64,000 nucleotides of DNA, from assembly GCA_050633245.1 (NCBI GenBank), contig JBOEGD010000007.1, forward strand, positions 187,624 to 251,623. The letters run 5' to 3'. The notes beneath the pieces were generated by a model. It worked only from the letters and a program-made list of their open reading frames with translations, was not told where the DNA came from and made no database searches. The DNA is from Calditrichia bacterium (GTDB lineage: Bacteria; Calditrichota; Calditrichia; RBG-13-44-9; J075). The translations under genes were made by a program, and so were the position numbers. Below are positions 9,565 to 20,932 of the stretch, one piece after another. How positions within the stretch are numbered: the stretch's first letter is position 1; each line of letters starts with the position of its first letter.

Positions 9565-10480
9565 TTTTCCCTCCTGCTAGTAAGTAGAGCACCGCCATGC
9601 GCAGGGCTACACCATTTGTTACCTGCTTCAAAATCACTGAGTGTTCGCTGTCTGCAACATCACTTGAAATTTCCAATCCACGATTCATCGGTCCCGGATG
9701 CATAACCACTACCGGGCGACTTGCTTTTTCGAGTCGTTCGCGGGTAATGCCAAAAAAGTTGTGGTATTCGCGAAGAGATGGGAAAAGGCCTGTGCTCTGT
9801 CTCTCCAGTTGAATACGGAGAATGTTCATCACATCAATTTGCGGAATCACTTCTTCAATATGATGATAAACTTCCACACCAAGCTTATGTAGATCTCTCG
9901 GGATAAGCGTAGGCGGCCCACAAACGACAACGCGTGCGCCCATTGCCTTCAATCCATAAATATTAGACATTGCCACACGCGAGTGCGAGATATCCCCGAT
10001 TAGCCCTACGGTAATGCCATCCAGGCGCCCTAATTTCTGACGGATGGTAAACATATCTAGTAGTGCCTGAGTAGGGTGTTCGTGACCACCATCTCCGGCG
10101 TTGATAATATTTGCATCGCAAACGCGTGTCAGCAAATGCGCAGCGCCCGGCGAACCATGACGAACAACAACCATGTCAATTTTCATGGCTTCAATATTGT
10201 GCACTGTATCGATAAACGATTCGCCTTTTTTTACCGAGCTGGTATTTTTCGAAAAGTTAACGATATCTGCAGAAAGGCGTTTTTGCGCTAGTTCAAAGGA
10301 AATGCGTGTTCGCGTAGATGCTTCATAAAACAAGTTGACGATCGTTTTTCCCTGCAGCGTCGGTACGCGTTTGATTGGACGATCGAGGATTTCCCGGAAG
10401 GTAGTGGCTGTATCAAGATATTCAAAAATCTCTTCAGCCTTCATCCCATCGAGACCTAACAGATGACGTTTTTCTGACAT
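9551..10480 (-). CDS. pyrB: Aspartate carbamoyltransferase catalytic subunit
   Basis: FYEASTRTRISFE, HPTQALLD, RIQLER, MHPGPMNRG. Confidence 0.97.
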   Translation of the reverse strand: MSEKRHLLGLDGMKAEEIFEYLDTATTFREILDRPIKRVPTLQGKTIVNLFYEASTRTRISFELAQKRLSADIVNFSKNTSSVKKGESFIDTVHNIEAMKIDMVVVRHGSPGAAHLLTRVCDANIINAGDGGHEHPTQALLDMFTIRQKLGRLDGITVGLIGDISHSRVAMSNIYGLKAMGARVVVCGPPTLIPRDLHKLGVEVYHHIEEVIPQIDVMNILRIQLERQSTGLFPSLREYHNFFGITRERLEKASRPVVVMHPGPMNRGLEISSDVADSEHSVILKQVTNGVALRMAVLYLLAGGKSEIN

Positions 10481-10526
10481 TGCGATCCTTCACAAATTTT
10501 AATAAAACTGTCTATAGTTATAGTAT

Positions 10527-11078
10527 TTATTTCGACGGTGCCTCAACAAGGAAAACGCTGTCTTCCTTATCAACTTCACTCATTTCAACCCGAACTTCTT
10601 CCCCCAGCGACGTTGGAATGCTCTTACCAACAAAGTCAGCTTTTATCGGTAGCTCCCGATGCCCGCGATCGACCAAAACGGCAAGATAAATACGCGTGGG
10701 ACGCCCAAAGTCCATAAGTGCGTTTAGTGCAGCGCGTGTGGTGCGCCCCGTGTAAAAGACGTCATCGATTAACACGATGTTCTTTTCATCAACCTCGAAT
10801 GGGATATTAGTTACCTCCACGGCAGGCTGCTTGAGCCTCGTACGAAAATCGTCGCGATACAGAGTCACATCCAGATAGCCTGTTGGGACGCTCACACCTT
10901 CGATCTCCTCTATCTTCCTGGAAATACGCTCGGCTACATACGCTCCACGCGTGCGAACACCTACCAAGACAAGATCTTGTAAGCCGCGGTTGCGCTCCAG
11001 GATCTCGTGAGAAAGGCGGGTAATGATACGACTGATATCGCTTTCATTTAATATTTGTGCTTTTACCTGGCCAGACAT
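10527..11078 (-). CDS. pyrR: Bifunctional pyrimidine regulatory protein / uracil phosphoribosyltransferase
   Basis: RLSHEILERN, LDVTLYRDD, IDDVFYTGRT, DRGHRELPI. Start placed at ATG 11078. Confidence 0.97.
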   Translation of the reverse strand: MSGQVKAQILNESDISRIITRLSHEILERNRGLQDLVLVGVRTRGAYVAERISRKIEEIEGVSVPTGYLDVTLYRDDFRTRLKQPAVEVTNIPFEVDEKNIVLIDDVFYTGRTTRAALNALMDFGRPTRIYLAVLVDRGHRELPIKADFVGKSIPTSLGEEVRVEMSEVDKEDSVFLVEAPSK

Positions 11079-11102
11079 GGCTTTCCCCAATGTATTTAGT
11101 AC

Positions 11103-11139
11103 AAAAAAATAGCCTTTAGAGGAATCCTCTGAAGGCTAT
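11103..11139 (-). terminator. Attenuator terminator of the pyrR leader
   Basis: The - strand reads ATAGCCTTCAGAGG-att-CCTCTAAAGGCTAT-TTTTTT just upstream of pyrR. Confidence 0.9.
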
Positions 11140-11185
11140 AGAAATTGGCAAATTTATGTGAAGATACACGTGCGTCATGTTTTCT

Positions 11186-11218
11186 ACCTTCGTCATCTCA
11201 CAGGATGACCTTAAAGGT
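11186..11218 (-). promoter_or_regulatory. PyrR-binding loop (anti-antiterminator RNA element)
   Basis: The - strand reads ACCUUUAAGGUCAUCCUGUGAGAUGACGAAGGU, with the CUUUAA and UCCNGNGAG hallmarks of PyrR binding loops. Confidence 0.85.
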
Positions 11219-11262
11219 GGCAATTCTAATTCATTTTACATCAAGCGATGGAAGATAAGCTA

Positions 11263-12180
11263 TTATAACTTATCACGCAAAAAGTTTTCTGCTTTAGCAA
11301 CCATTTGTGAGTTTTTATAGTTGTCCAGAAGCGTTTGAAACTCTTGTCGCGAGCGATCCAAATCCTTCAAGCGATAGTAACACTTTCCAAGCATGTATTG
11401 TGCAAAGTCGTTTTTATTAGACTTACTGTAGGTAAAGACTTTCTCGAAAGCAATAATAGCTGCGCGATAGTCGCCTTTTGCAAAATGGCACTCCCCCATC
11501 CAGTACTGTGCATTATCTGCAAGCGGATGACGCGAGTTGGCTGCCAGTAAGGATTCAAAAATTTGCTGCGCATCGTTACGTGAACCAGACAAATAAAGCT
11601 GCTTGGCGCGATTATATTCGCTTTCATATTCACTATTGTTCAACGAGCTGCCGGATACCCGCGGTATATAGTCGCGCTCAACGGGAGTAGAAACCGTTAG
11701 TGATGGCTGCTGCTCTTTGGCATCTGCTTCCATAATCATAATGCGTGCCTTAAGGTCGGCAATGGTCTTATTTTTGTCACGAACAGAATCATTTAACTGT
11801 GCAACTTCGTTCAACAGGCGATCGACACGGGCATCTGAACCTGAAGAAATTTGATCGCGGCTGATTAATCCACCATCATCATTATTTGATGAATTGCCAG
11901 ACGTTGAATTGTCGTTTGGTGTATTGTCCTGCGGCTGCAGGAGGCTAAGCAGTTCATCTTCGTCTGATGACGAATTCGTATTGTCATTATTGTCGTTTGT
12001 AACGGCCTGATCGTCCGGGGATGAAATACCGAGAATACGTTCGATCTCAGCATAATCATCGGGATCAGCTGCTTCAATCGTCTCATCGGTGGGTGGTTTT
12101 GAACCTGCACAGCCTACCAGAACACTTAACAACAGCGCCAGCAGCAGATTCAGGACGGAAATTCTTTGATACGTAAACAT
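11263..12180 (-). CDS. CpoB/YbgF-like TPR lipoprotein
   Basis: Lipobox LVGC, Asp/Asn-rich linker, coiled coil, C-terminal TPR 'HPLADNAQYWMGE..F..GDY..AI..FEKV'. Start moved to ATG 12180 (AGGAG RBS). Confidence 0.75.
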   Translation of the reverse strand: MFTYQRISVLNLLLALLLSVLVGCAGSKPPTDETIEAADPDDYAEIERILGISSPDDQAVTNDNNDNTNSSSDEDELLSLLQPQDNTPNDNSTSGNSSNNDDGGLISRDQISSGSDARVDRLLNEVAQLNDSVRDKNKTIADLKARIMIMEADAKEQQPSLTVSTPVERDYIPRVSGSSLNNSEYESEYNRAKQLYLSGSRNDAQQIFESLLAANSRHPLADNAQYWMGECHFAKGDYRAAIIAFEKVFTYSKSNKNDFAQYMLGKCYYRLKDLDRSRQEFQTLLDNYKNSQMVAKAENFLRDKL

Positions 12181-12230
12181 ACTTTCTCCTGATGTTGTCT
12201 GCAAAAAAATATAGATAAAAGCCTGTAGAG

Positions 12231-13043
12231 TCAAGTAGTTAATGAGCTGCTGCCCGTAGAGCCTCCCGGCTTGAGCTTAAATAAAAGGAATATTCCGCCA
12301 ACAAACATGACAAAGCTCACGATCTGATTAAACTCGATTCCAGCAAATAGAAACATTTGACTCTCGTAATAACGAAAAAAGTCAACGCTAAACCGTGAAA
12401 TTCCGTAGAGCACCAAAAAGATGCCGGTTAATTGTCCGTCAAAAGTACCGCGTCGCTCTAATATTAGCAATACTACAAAGATTATTATACCATAGGCAGA
12501 CTCATAAAGTTGCGTAGGATGAGCTGCCAGGCCTTCTAAAATATGATGCGCTGCACTTCCTTCGGGATAATTTACTGCCCAGGGCAGCTCACATGCTTGT
12601 CCGAAACAGCAGCCGTTAAGCAGACAGCCGATACGCCCAATGCCAATCCCCAGTGCCAATGAAGGGGCGACACTATCTGCGGTCTTCCAAATCGGCATCT
12701 TTTTCCAACGCACATAAATCACTGAGACAAAAACGGCTCCAATAACACCGCCCAAGAAGATCAGGCCACTTAAACCAATGCGACCATCCGGTTGAACCGG
12801 GAGAAAGGTGTATATCCAACGTCCTTCAAATTCAGACAGATGAAACAGCACATAAAACAGACGGGCACCCACGATTGCACTAACCATTATCAGAATGGCC
12901 AAGTCCAACATATTATCGCGATTCAGATTGCGCCGTGCAGCAAGACGCAGAGTAAGCCATAGCCCAACGATAAATGCCAAAGCCAGGAATACACCATAAC
13001 TATTTATCGCAACGGCTCCGATGCGAAAGAGTTCGGGTTTCAT
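12231..13043 (-). CDS. lgt: Prolipoprotein diacylglyceryl transferase
   Basis: GARLFYV, GRIGCLLNGCCFG, HPTQLYE, RFSVDFFR. Confidence 0.93.
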   Translation of the reverse strand: MKPELFRIGAVAINSYGVFLALAFIVGLWLTLRLAARRNLNRDNMLDLAILIMVSAIVGARLFYVLFHLSEFEGRWIYTFLPVQPDGRIGLSGLIFLGGVIGAVFVSVIYVRWKKMPIWKTADSVAPSLALGIGIGRIGCLLNGCCFGQACELPWAVNYPEGSAAHHILEGLAAHPTQLYESAYGIIIFVVLLILERRGTFDGQLTGIFLVLYGISRFSVDFFRYYESQMFLFAGIEFNQIVSFVMFVGGIFLLFKLKPGGSTGSSSLTT

Positions 13044-13067
13044 AATAGCTTTCCAGGATAGTCGGGG

Positions 13068-14294
13068 TTAATACTCATAGCGATGCCTGTAAAAGTTCAA
13101 CAGTAAGCCAACCATCAACATATTGGTTAACAAAGCCGTTCCACCATAACTGATAAAAGGAAGTGGCAAACCAGTTACCGGAAACAGACCAATTGTCATT
13201 CCAATATTAACAAACATGTGGAAGGCAAGAATAGTTCCGATACCAATAGCAATCAGGCTGCTAAACTTGTTTTTAAACTGGTCTGCGAGATGAACGGTGC
13301 GTAGCAGGAAGAGCGTGAATAAAAACAGACCTGCGAACACGCCAATAAAGCCCAGTTCCTCGGCAATAACCGCGTAGATAAAGTCTGTATGCTGCTCAGG
13401 TAAAAAGCGAAGTTGGGTTTGCGATCCATTCAGGAATCCTTTACCAAAGAAGCCACCCGAGCCAATTGCCACTTTGGATTGAATAATCTGATATCCCGCT
13501 CCCAGCGGATCGGATTCCGGATTCCAAAACACCAGAATGCGCGATTTCTGATAGTCCTTAAGCTGATTCCAAAGTAGTGGCGTCAGCAGGCCAAACCCAA
13601 TATTGCCGGCAAAGGACAACACTGCCTGATGAACCGGTGGACGCAACAAATACAGCCCGGCAATAATCAACAGCATAACGACAAAGAAAACGTAGAAGTT
13701 AAAGGAGGCCAATATTGTAATAACCGGAGTAATGATAAAAAAGAGCTTTTTGGTGTCGAGACCAGCCCAATAGAAAATTGGAAGAATAAGTACCATGAGC
13801 ACCAGACTGGTACCGAGATCCGGTTGGCGCATAATCATCACCATCGGTACTAAAACAATGGCCAGGGCTGTTAAAAACGTCATGAGGTGATTAATATCGC
13901 TGCGATTCTCGGTCAGAAAGCGCCCAAGTGCCAGTAGCACCGCAATTTTGGCAAACTCAGATGGCTGGAAGCCAATTCCGGCAATGTAAATCCAGCGCGT
14001 TGCACCCTTTCCGGTTGTACCGATAAAAAACACCAGAATTAACAGCAAAAAGGCAATCGCATAGAAAAAATAGGCATAGGTATAAAAAAAGCGACTCGGC
14101 AAAAAAGTTGTAATCATAATAACGATACTGCCAAGGCCAATCCAGCCAAGCTGCAAAGAGAAGTAATTGCTGGCCTGTGCTGAGATAAGATGTGGCTGAG
14201 AGGTAGAATAAAGAGCCACCAGACCCAACAACAGTAGTCCGGCAACGCTGCCGAGCAACACGAAGTCTATATTTTTAAAACGTCGACCTGTCAT
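13068..14294 (-). CDS. rodA: Rod shape-determining SEDS protein RodA
   Basis: [38 protein letters not shown]; downstream of mrdA. Confidence 0.95.
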   Translation of the reverse strand: MTGRRFKNIDFVLLGSVAGLLLLGLVALYSTSQPHLISAQASNYFSLQLGWIGLGSIVIMITTFLPSRFFYTYAYFFYAIAFLLLILVFFIGTTGKGATRWIYIAGIGFQPSEFAKIAVLLALGRFLTENRSDINHLMTFLTALAIVLVPMVMIMRQPDLGTSLVLMVLILPIFYWAGLDTKKLFFIITPVITILASFNFYVFFVVMLLIIAGLYLLRPPVHQAVLSFAGNIGFGLLTPLLWNQLKDYQKSRILVFWNPESDPLGAGYQIIQSKVAIGSGGFFGKGFLNGSQTQLRFLPEQHTDFIYAVIAEELGFIGVFAGLFLFTLFLLRTVHLADQFKNKFSSLIAIGIGTILAFHMFVNIGMTIGLFPVTGLPLPFISYGGTALLTNMLMVGLLLNFYRHRYEY

Positions 14295-16156
14295 TATCTG
14301 ATTCTCACACTGGTATCAGCTTCCATTCTTTGCTGAAGCTCTTGAAGATTGTTTTTTAGTGCCTGCTCCTGACGGCGCTTATTGAGAATACGCTGCATGT
14401 CTCGCTCTTCTTCATAGCTAAACTTGCCTTCATAGGCAAAGTAACGTCTGAGGTATTGTCCTGCCAAAGGAGCGGCCATAGCGCCACCTCCACCGCCGTT
14501 CTCCAAGACGATTGCAATTGCCACCTCCGGATTTTCGAATGGTGCAAACCCCATATACCAGGAATGAGGTTTGCCGTGCGGGTTTTGAGCCGTCCCTGTT
14601 TTACCGGCACTATCAATTTTCCAGATTCCCGCTCGCCAGCCGGTGCCACCGGCAACGACTTGTCGCATGCCTTCACAAACAACATCCCAGACTTCCGAAC
14701 GAACCGTTGGCATTTTTTTATGTTCCAGACGCGTTGTTTGCGTTTCTAACGTTACCTTATTGACCAACCGGTTTGTAAGGTGTGGCGGCACAAAACTGCC
14801 TCTATTTGCCAGAATCATAGCAAACTGTGCCATTTGCAGCGGCGTACTCAGAACTTCGCCCTGGCCTATTGCAATATTCGCCAGCATACCTTTGCTGATT
14901 TTATCTTTTCCATAAACGCGTTCATAGTATGCCCGATCAGGTATAAAGCCCTTTCGCTCTGATGTAAGCTCTACACCTGTTGGTTTACCAAACCCCATCA
15001 TTTTTGCATAACTGGTCATATCCTCAATACCGACCTTGTTGCCCAGATAATAGAAGAACACATTGCAGGAACCCCGGATCGCACTAACCATATTCACTTC
15101 ACCATGACCAGCAGGGTTCCAGCAGCGCATGGCACCACGTCCCCAAGGCCAATACCCGGGACAATATGCAGACCATTGTGGAGTAACCAAACCTTCATTC
15201 AAAGCTGCGATGGCTGCGATCATTTTATAAGTTGATCCGGGTGGATAGGTAGCCTGACTCGCTCGGTCGAACATTGGCTTTCTGGAATCATTTAATAAAC
15301 TGCTCCAGATTTCCGGTGAGGTGATGCCGGTAAAATCATTCAAATCGAAATTGGGGTTAGATACTATCGTCAATATCTCGCCCTTGCGGGTGTCGATTGC
15401 GACAATGGCTCCGATTCGTTCACGAAGTAGCGAATCGGCATATATTTGCAGTCGCGAATCGATAGTCAAATAAAGATCCTGTCCCGGATATGGAAAGGAA
15501 TTCTTTTCCGAGGGTATTTCGTCAACCGTTCTTCCCAGCGCATCGACCTTTACCAACTTGTATCCTTTTTTACCTCGCAAACGCCTGTCCAAAACTCTCT
15601 CTACGCCTTTTTTCCCGACAATATCTCCGGGCTGATAAACACTTTCATCGCCGAGTTCTTTTTCGGTTACTTCACCAAGCGTTCCAAGAACATGTGAAAA
15701 AGATTTGCGAAAATTGTAATTTCGTCTTGGCTCTACACGCCATTCGACACCGGGTAGATCAGATTTATTTTCCTGAATAAGCGTTAGAGTCGTTTGATCG
15801 ACATATCGCGCAACTTTTACCGGCTGAAAACGACGGGAATGACGAAAATTCTTACGAATCTCTTTTTCAGACATTCCCAGAACCTTAGCCACAAAGGGTA
15901 CAACGTTGGTATTTTTAGCTGCTTCCGCCGGAACCAGATAGAGAGAGAAAGCCGGACGATTGTCGGCAATCAAGATACCATTGCGATCGTAAATTAATCC
16001 ACGAACCGGCGTTTGCATTTCAATCTTCACGCTATTTTTGCGGGATTTTTGCCGGTAAACCGATTCCTGGAGCACCTGAAGATTAAAAAACCCGGCTGAA
16101 AGGATCAGAAAAGGAATGATTACCACAATGTAAAAAACCATCTTACGCGAAATCAT
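14294..16156 (-). CDS. mrdA: Penicillin-binding protein 2
   Basis: RGLIYDRNG, SxxK (STYK), SxN (SCN), KTGT motifs. Confidence 0.95.
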   Translation of the reverse strand: MISRKMVFYIVVIIPFLILSAGFFNLQVLQESVYRQKSRKNSVKIEMQTPVRGLIYDRNGILIADNRPAFSLYLVPAEAAKNTNVVPFVAKVLGMSEKEIRKNFRHSRRFQPVKVARYVDQTTLTLIQENKSDLPGVEWRVEPRRNYNFRKSFSHVLGTLGEVTEKELGDESVYQPGDIVGKKGVERVLDRRLRGKKGYKLVKVDALGRTVDEIPSEKNSFPYPGQDLYLTIDSRLQIYADSLLRERIGAIVAIDTRKGEILTIVSNPNFDLNDFTGITSPEIWSSLLNDSRKPMFDRASQATYPPGSTYKMIAAIAALNEGLVTPQWSAYCPGYWPWGRGAMRCWNPAGHGEVNMVSAIRGSCNVFFYYLGNKVGIEDMTSYAKMMGFGKPTGVELTSERKGFIPDRAYYERVYGKDKISKGMLANIAIGQGEVLSTPLQMAQFAMILANRGSFVPPHLTNRLVNKVTLETQTTRLEHKKMPTVRSEVWDVVCEGMRQVVAGGTGWRAGIWKIDSAGKTGTAQNPHGKPHSWYMGFAPFENPEVAIAIVLENGGGGGAMAAPLAGQYLRRYFAYEGKFSYEEERDMQRILNKRRQEQALKNNLQELQQRMEADTSVRIR

Positions 16157-16157
16157 A

Positions 16158-16655
16158 TTAGTAGGAGGCTCCTTCTTCCCTTTTCAATGAGTTTCCGATA
16201 AGCAAATAAATTAACGCACCAAGAATGGTGGTGTACGATAAATTCGGTATAATCTGAAACAGCAGCGCGACTTCCAAAGAAATCGGCTGATCAAAGTTTT
16301 TCATTCCAAACAAAACCAGATCATGAGCGAGTCCGCTGAGCAACAGCGTAAAGACAAATTGGCTGCCTTCCTTAAAGAATCCTGCTCCACCACCAGCGAT
16401 ATATCCGGTAATTGATTTGGCAAGTGAGGCAAACCCCAAAACACTCCCGGAAATAAGATCGCTGATAATTCCAACGAAGAATCCCATTGTGCTTCCGGCA
16501 ACCGGACCATAGTTTAGCGAAAAAATAACCAGTGCTATGAGTATTAAATCCGGACGTGTGTTATTAATGTCCATAAACTTAACGAGAGTTGCCTGAAGCA
16601 GGATGGCGGCGAGGAAAAGTATTCCGTATTGAATAATTTCTCTACTCATCGGCAT
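16158..16655 (-). CDS. mreD: Rod shape-determining protein MreD
   Basis: Small hydrophobic protein with PDL motif between mreC and mrdA. Confidence 0.85.
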   Translation of the reverse strand: MPMSREIIQYGILFLAAILLQATLVKFMDINNTRPDLILIALVIFSLNYGPVAGSTMGFFVGIISDLISGSVLGFASLAKSITGYIAGGGAGFFKEGSQFVFTLLLSGLAHDLVLFGMKNFDQPISLEVALLFQIIPNLSYTTILGALIYLLIGNSLKREEGASY

Positions 16656-17466
16656 TCACCTGAAGGCTATCTGAGCTGGTTGTATCCGGAACAATCAGGA
16701 ACACCTCTTCCAAGGCATTAAAATTTACCGCGGACTTCACACGAATCGTCTTAAACAGATTAAGCTCATCTTCTTCCACGGCTGTAACGACGCCGATTTT
16801 TATTCCCTGTGGATAAATCTGGCTTAACCCGGATGTAACAACCAATTCACCCGTAGAAACCGCTATATTCTTTGGAATATACAGCAAATCCAGCCAGGAA
16901 TTTCCAGACCAGCTAACAACACCTTTTTCCCGGGAGTTTTGAAGCGTAGCACTAACCAGTGAATTGTGATCCATCAAAATCTGCACAATAGCCTGCCCTG
17001 AAGTTGTTGTAACCACTTTTCCTATCAATCCGCTTGGGCTGACCACAGCCATATTTTTTAGAACGCCATCGTCTTCACCGACATCAAGAATAAGTGAGCG
17101 AATTCGACGCTCAACGCTCTCTCCCACAATACGTCCAGACAGATATTTAGCCTTCTTCTTTTCCTTAAGAGCGAGCATTTCACGAAGACGGGCGTTTTCC
17201 ACCAGAACTTCACGAAGATTCTGGGTTTCGGTCTCGAGCTGAAAGTTCATCTCCTTCAATCTCTTGTTCTCTTCGAACAATCCGGTGCGGAAGGTAAATT
17301 GATCGCGCAAATTATCAGACGATTCTACTATTTGTAGAAGCAGGGAGCGTGGGAAGCGCTGCGAATTGGTCTCACTAACGGACATCAGAATCAGCGAAAG
17401 CAATATATATAGCAACAAAAGAAAAAACGGACGCTTCAGGAAAGCTAGTATAAGATGCGGATTCAT
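16642..17466 (-). CDS. mreC: Rod shape-determining protein MreC
   Basis: TM segment, coiled coil ENARLREML, GLIGKV, VVTSGL..IYPQGIKIG. Confidence 0.93.
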   Translation of the reverse strand: MNPHLILAFLKRPFFLLLLYILLSLILMSVSETNSQRFPRSLLLQIVESSDNLRDQFTFRTGLFEENKRLKEMNFQLETETQNLREVLVENARLREMLALKEKKKAKYLSGRIVGESVERRIRSLILDVGEDDGVLKNMAVVSPSGLIGKVVTTTSGQAIVQILMDHNSLVSATLQNSREKGVVSWSGNSWLDLLYIPKNIAVSTGELVVTSGLSQIYPQGIKIGVVTAVEEDELNLFKTIRVKSAVNFNALEEVFLIVPDTTSSDSLQVNADE

Positions 17467-17590
17467 GCAGGGAGAATTCCTCTATTCCGGCACACGGCGC
17501 AGGACGCCGAGCTCAGACAAACAGGTTAAATGCAGCGCTACCTCGAAACACGGCGTTATAATCAACCAATGCCGCTGAAGACATGCACTG

Positions 17591-18619
17591 CTATAGTCGT
17601 CGATTACTTTTGAGCAGAACCTTTTGAAAGCGTGGATACTCTTCGAGAATTTTGCCTGTCCCTCGCGCTACGCAGCTAAGCGGATCGTCTGCGACATTTA
17701 CCGGTAAACGGGTTTCCTGAATAATGCGATCATCGAGACGACGGAGCAGTGCCCCACCACCGGACAGAATAATTCCGCGATCCAGAATATCTGATGCGAG
17801 TTCGGGGGGCGTATTTTCCAGCGTAATTTTAATTGTATCCACAATTGTGTGAATCGGCTCATTCAGCGCTTCACGTATTTCAACGGAGTTCACTTCGACC
17901 GTTTTTGGAATACCATCAACAAGATCGCGCCCTTTAACCATTGTTGTAATTTCTTCCTCCAATGGTAAGGCAGATCCCACCTGGCACTTCAGGTCTTCCG
18001 CCGTTTTTTCACCAATCAGCAGGTTATAGTTTTTCTTGAAGTAGGAAACGATCGACTCATTCATTTCATCCCCACCAACGCGAATAGACGTGTGCTGGAC
18101 AATTCCACTCAGAGAAATCACCGCGATCTCAGATGTTCCGCCACCAATATCGACAATCATGTTTCCAACCGGCTTATCGATTTCTAGTCCGATACCAATG
18201 GCAGATGCCATAGCTTCTGCAACTAGGTCGACCTCTTTTGCGCCGGCGCGCTCGGCGCTGTCTCGAACCGCACGCTTTTCTACTTCTGTTACACCGGAAG
18301 GTACACAAACAACAATGCGTCCGATACTGATTCGGTTTACGCGAGCCTTCTTTATAAATTCGCGAATCATTACTTCTGTCGCTTCAAAGTCAGCAATAAC
18401 CCCATCTTTTAGCGGACGAATTGTTACGATATCGCGGTGGGTGCGTCCAAGCATCTCGCGAGCGGCATGCCCCACTGCTGCAATTTTATTATTATTTTCC
18501 TCAAAGGCTACGATTGAGGGCTCATTTACAATGATTCCTTTACCCTTCACATAGATAAGGGTATTTGCAGTTCCGAGGTCGATTCCGAGGTCATTCGAGA
18601 AAAAATCGAAGAACGCCAT
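17591..18619 (-). CDS. mreB: Actin-like MreB
   Basis: GIDLGTANT, RPLKDGVIADF, DIGGGTSE, SGGGALL. Confidence 0.98.
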   Translation of the reverse strand: MAFFDFFSNDLGIDLGTANTLIYVKGKGIIVNEPSIVAFEENNNKIAAVGHAAREMLGRTHRDIVTIRPLKDGVIADFEATEVMIREFIKKARVNRISIGRIVVCVPSGVTEVEKRAVRDSAERAGAKEVDLVAEAMASAIGIGLEIDKPVGNMIVDIGGGTSEIAVISLSGIVQHTSIRVGGDEMNESIVSYFKKNYNLLIGEKTAEDLKCQVGSALPLEEEITTMVKGRDLVDGIPKTVEVNSVEIREALNEPIHTIVDTIKITLENTPPELASDILDRGIILSGGGALLRRLDDRIIQETRLPVNVADDPLSCVARGTGKILEEYPRFQKVLLKSNRRL

Positions 18620-18635
18620 TAATTCTCCATTTCCA

Positions 18636-20198
18636 TTAGTGTTTAAAGTGTCGGTATCCGGTAAAGATCATGCTGATGCCGTGTTCATCCGCGGCTTTGA
18701 TTACCTCATCATCGCGTATAGATCCGCCGGGCTGTATCACCGCCATTGCACCGGCTGCTACTGCCTGATCGATTCCATCGCGAAACGGGAAGAAAGCGTC
18801 CGACGCCAGAACGAGATCACTCATTTCCCGACCGGCCTGCTCTGCCTTTAACTTAGCGAGAGTAACAGCATCTACGCGGGACATCTGTCCGGCGCCAACT
18901 CCAAATATTTCCATATCACGCGTGAGCACAATAGCATTGGATTTTACATGTTTGCAAATCTTCCAGGCAAATTCCATTTCACGCATTGCGTTAGAGCTTG
19001 GCTTCTTCTTTGTTACAACCTTCCAGGCCTTGGGATTTAGCATGGAGTGATCAGGCTGCTGCATCAGGTATCCACCATTGATGGATTTCAGTTCTTTTTC
19101 TCCCTTGCTGACACTATCTGCATGCAGCTTAAGGAGTCGGATATTCTTTTTCTTCTTTAGAATTTCAAGTGCTGCCGGGCTGAATCCGGGTGCGATAACA
19201 CACTCAAAGAAAATTTTGGACATAAGCTCGGCAGTCTTCTTATCAACATTTTTGTTCAGCGCTACGATGCCACCAAAAGAGGAAACCGGATCGCCTTTCA
19301 GCGCCCGCTTAAAGGCATCCGCAATATTTACAGAAGATACAGCTGTTCCACAGGGATTGGTGTGTTTAACAATAACAACTGCCGGACTGGAAAATTCCAG
19401 CACCACGTCATACGCGGCCTGAGCGTCCATATAGTTATTATAAGACATCGGTTTGCCCCAGAGCTGTTCTAGCGCGGCAAGACCACGCACATCTTCCAAA
19501 TAGGGTCGGTAGACAGCAGCATGTTGGTGTGGATTCTCGCCATAGCGAACATCCTGAATCTTTTCTATAAAACGACTGACAAAGCGCGGGGCCTTTTCTT
19601 CGTTCGCATCAATCTGCGAACCGATATATTCCTGAACCTGACCATCATACCAGCTGGTATAAAAGAATAACTCGCGGGCGCGACGCAGACTAAAGGCTTC
19701 AGGAATCTGTCCGTCGTTCTCATTCAGTATTTGCATAAATTCGCCGTATTGCTCACGATCAAATAAAACAATAGCATTTCGATTGTTTTTTGCTGCGGCC
19801 CGCATCATTGTCGGGCCACCGATATCGATATATTCAACGGCATCTTTCATCGCCAAACCCTGCGCCACAGCCTCACCGACAAACGGATAGAGATTGCCCA
19901 CAACAAGTTGGATGGCCTCAATGCCAAGATTTTTCAATTCCTTTTTATGCTCGCGACTGCGTTTTGCCAGCAGTCCGGCATGAATATGCGGATGGAGCGT
20001 TTTTACTCGTCCACCAAGCACTTCGGGAAATTCTGTTACGCGGTCGACCGGCGTAACAGATATTTGATTCTTTTCGAGATGAACGGCGGTGCCGCCACTT
20101 GAAATAATTTCAACATCATATTTTACCAGCGTCTTGGCTAACTCAACCAACCCGCTTTTGTCCCAACAGCTTAACAGTGCCCGCTTAATGGCTATCAT
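18636..20198 (-). CDS. purH: AICAR transformylase/IMP cyclohydrolase
   Basis: [43 protein letters not shown]. Confidence 0.97.
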   Translation of the reverse strand: MIAIKRALLSCWDKSGLVELAKTLVKYDVEIISSGGTAVHLEKNQISVTPVDRVTEFPEVLGGRVKTLHPHIHAGLLAKRSREHKKELKNLGIEAIQLVVGNLYPFVGEAVAQGLAMKDAVEYIDIGGPTMMRAAAKNNRNAIVLFDREQYGEFMQILNENDGQIPEAFSLRRARELFFYTSWYDGQVQEYIGSQIDANEEKAPRFVSRFIEKIQDVRYGENPHQHAAVYRPYLEDVRGLAALEQLWGKPMSYNNYMDAQAAYDVVLEFSSPAVVIVKHTNPCGTAVSSVNIADAFKRALKGDPVSSFGGIVALNKNVDKKTAELMSKIFFECVIAPGFSPAALEILKKKKNIRLLKLHADSVSKGEKELKSINGGYLMQQPDHSMLNPKAWKVVTKKKPSSNAMREMEFAWKICKHVKSNAIVLTRDMEIFGVGAGQMSRVDAVTLAKLKAEQAGREMSDLVLASDAFFPFRDGIDQAVAAGAMAVIQPGGSIRDDEVIKAADEHGISMIFTGYRHFKH

Positions 20199-20827
20199 CT
20201 GTTATCGTCCCCGACTAATACACGTTTATCTTCAACATCAATTTTGCGTTCTGTCAACAGCTTAACTGCTTCCGGCAAGGAACGATGCTCCTCCTGAAGA
20301 ACAACGGCGGCAATCTCTTCCGGAGAACCGCATGAACTAATATCAACCGCTCTCTGCATAAGAATTGGACCGGTGTCATATTTATTATCCACAAAGTGAA
20401 CTGTAATGCCTGATACTTTCACTCCGGAAGTGAAAACGGCCTGATGCACATTCATACCATACATGCCCTTTCCACCAAAAGCAGGCAACAGAGAAGGATG
20501 CACATTGATTATTTTGTTTGGGTATGCACAAATGACATTTTCCGGAATTTTACGTAAATAACCAGCAAGCACGATTAACTGGATGCGGTGTTCGGCAAGA
20601 CTTGCTAATACGGCTTTCCCAAACGCAGTGGGAGATTCAAATTTACCTGGCGGAATAACTGCAACGTCGATATCATGAGCACGTGCAAAATCAATAGCTC
20701 CGGCACCAGACTTGTTTGTTATCAGCAGCGAGATTTTTGCCCGAATATCACCGGACTGAATCTTCTTGTAAACCGCTTGAAAATTGCTTCCTCTTCCAGA
20801 AGCAAAAACTGCTATCTTATGCAACAT
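20195..20827 (-). CDS. purN: Phosphoribosylglycinamide formyltransferase
   Basis: ASGRGSN, LAGYL, NVHPSLLP, HFVD..YDTGPI. Start moved to ATG 20827. Confidence 0.95.
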   Translation of the reverse strand: MLHKIAVFASGRGSNFQAVYKKIQSGDIRAKISLLITNKSGAGAIDFARAHDIDVAVIPPGKFESPTAFGKAVLASLAEHRIQLIVLAGYLRKIPENVICAYPNKIINVHPSLLPAFGGKGMYGMNVHQAVFTSGVKVSGITVHFVDNKYDTGPILMQRAVDISSCGSPEEIAAVVLQEEHRSLPEAVKLLTERKIDVEDKRVLVGDDNR

Positions 20828-20932
20828 GACCCCACAAACATTTATCCACAAATATAGCAATCCTAAGGGCGCAATCCAATAGATTCAGGAATCAACGGCA
20901 ATTTTTTTTGCCTGATGTAAAAGTATACATTT

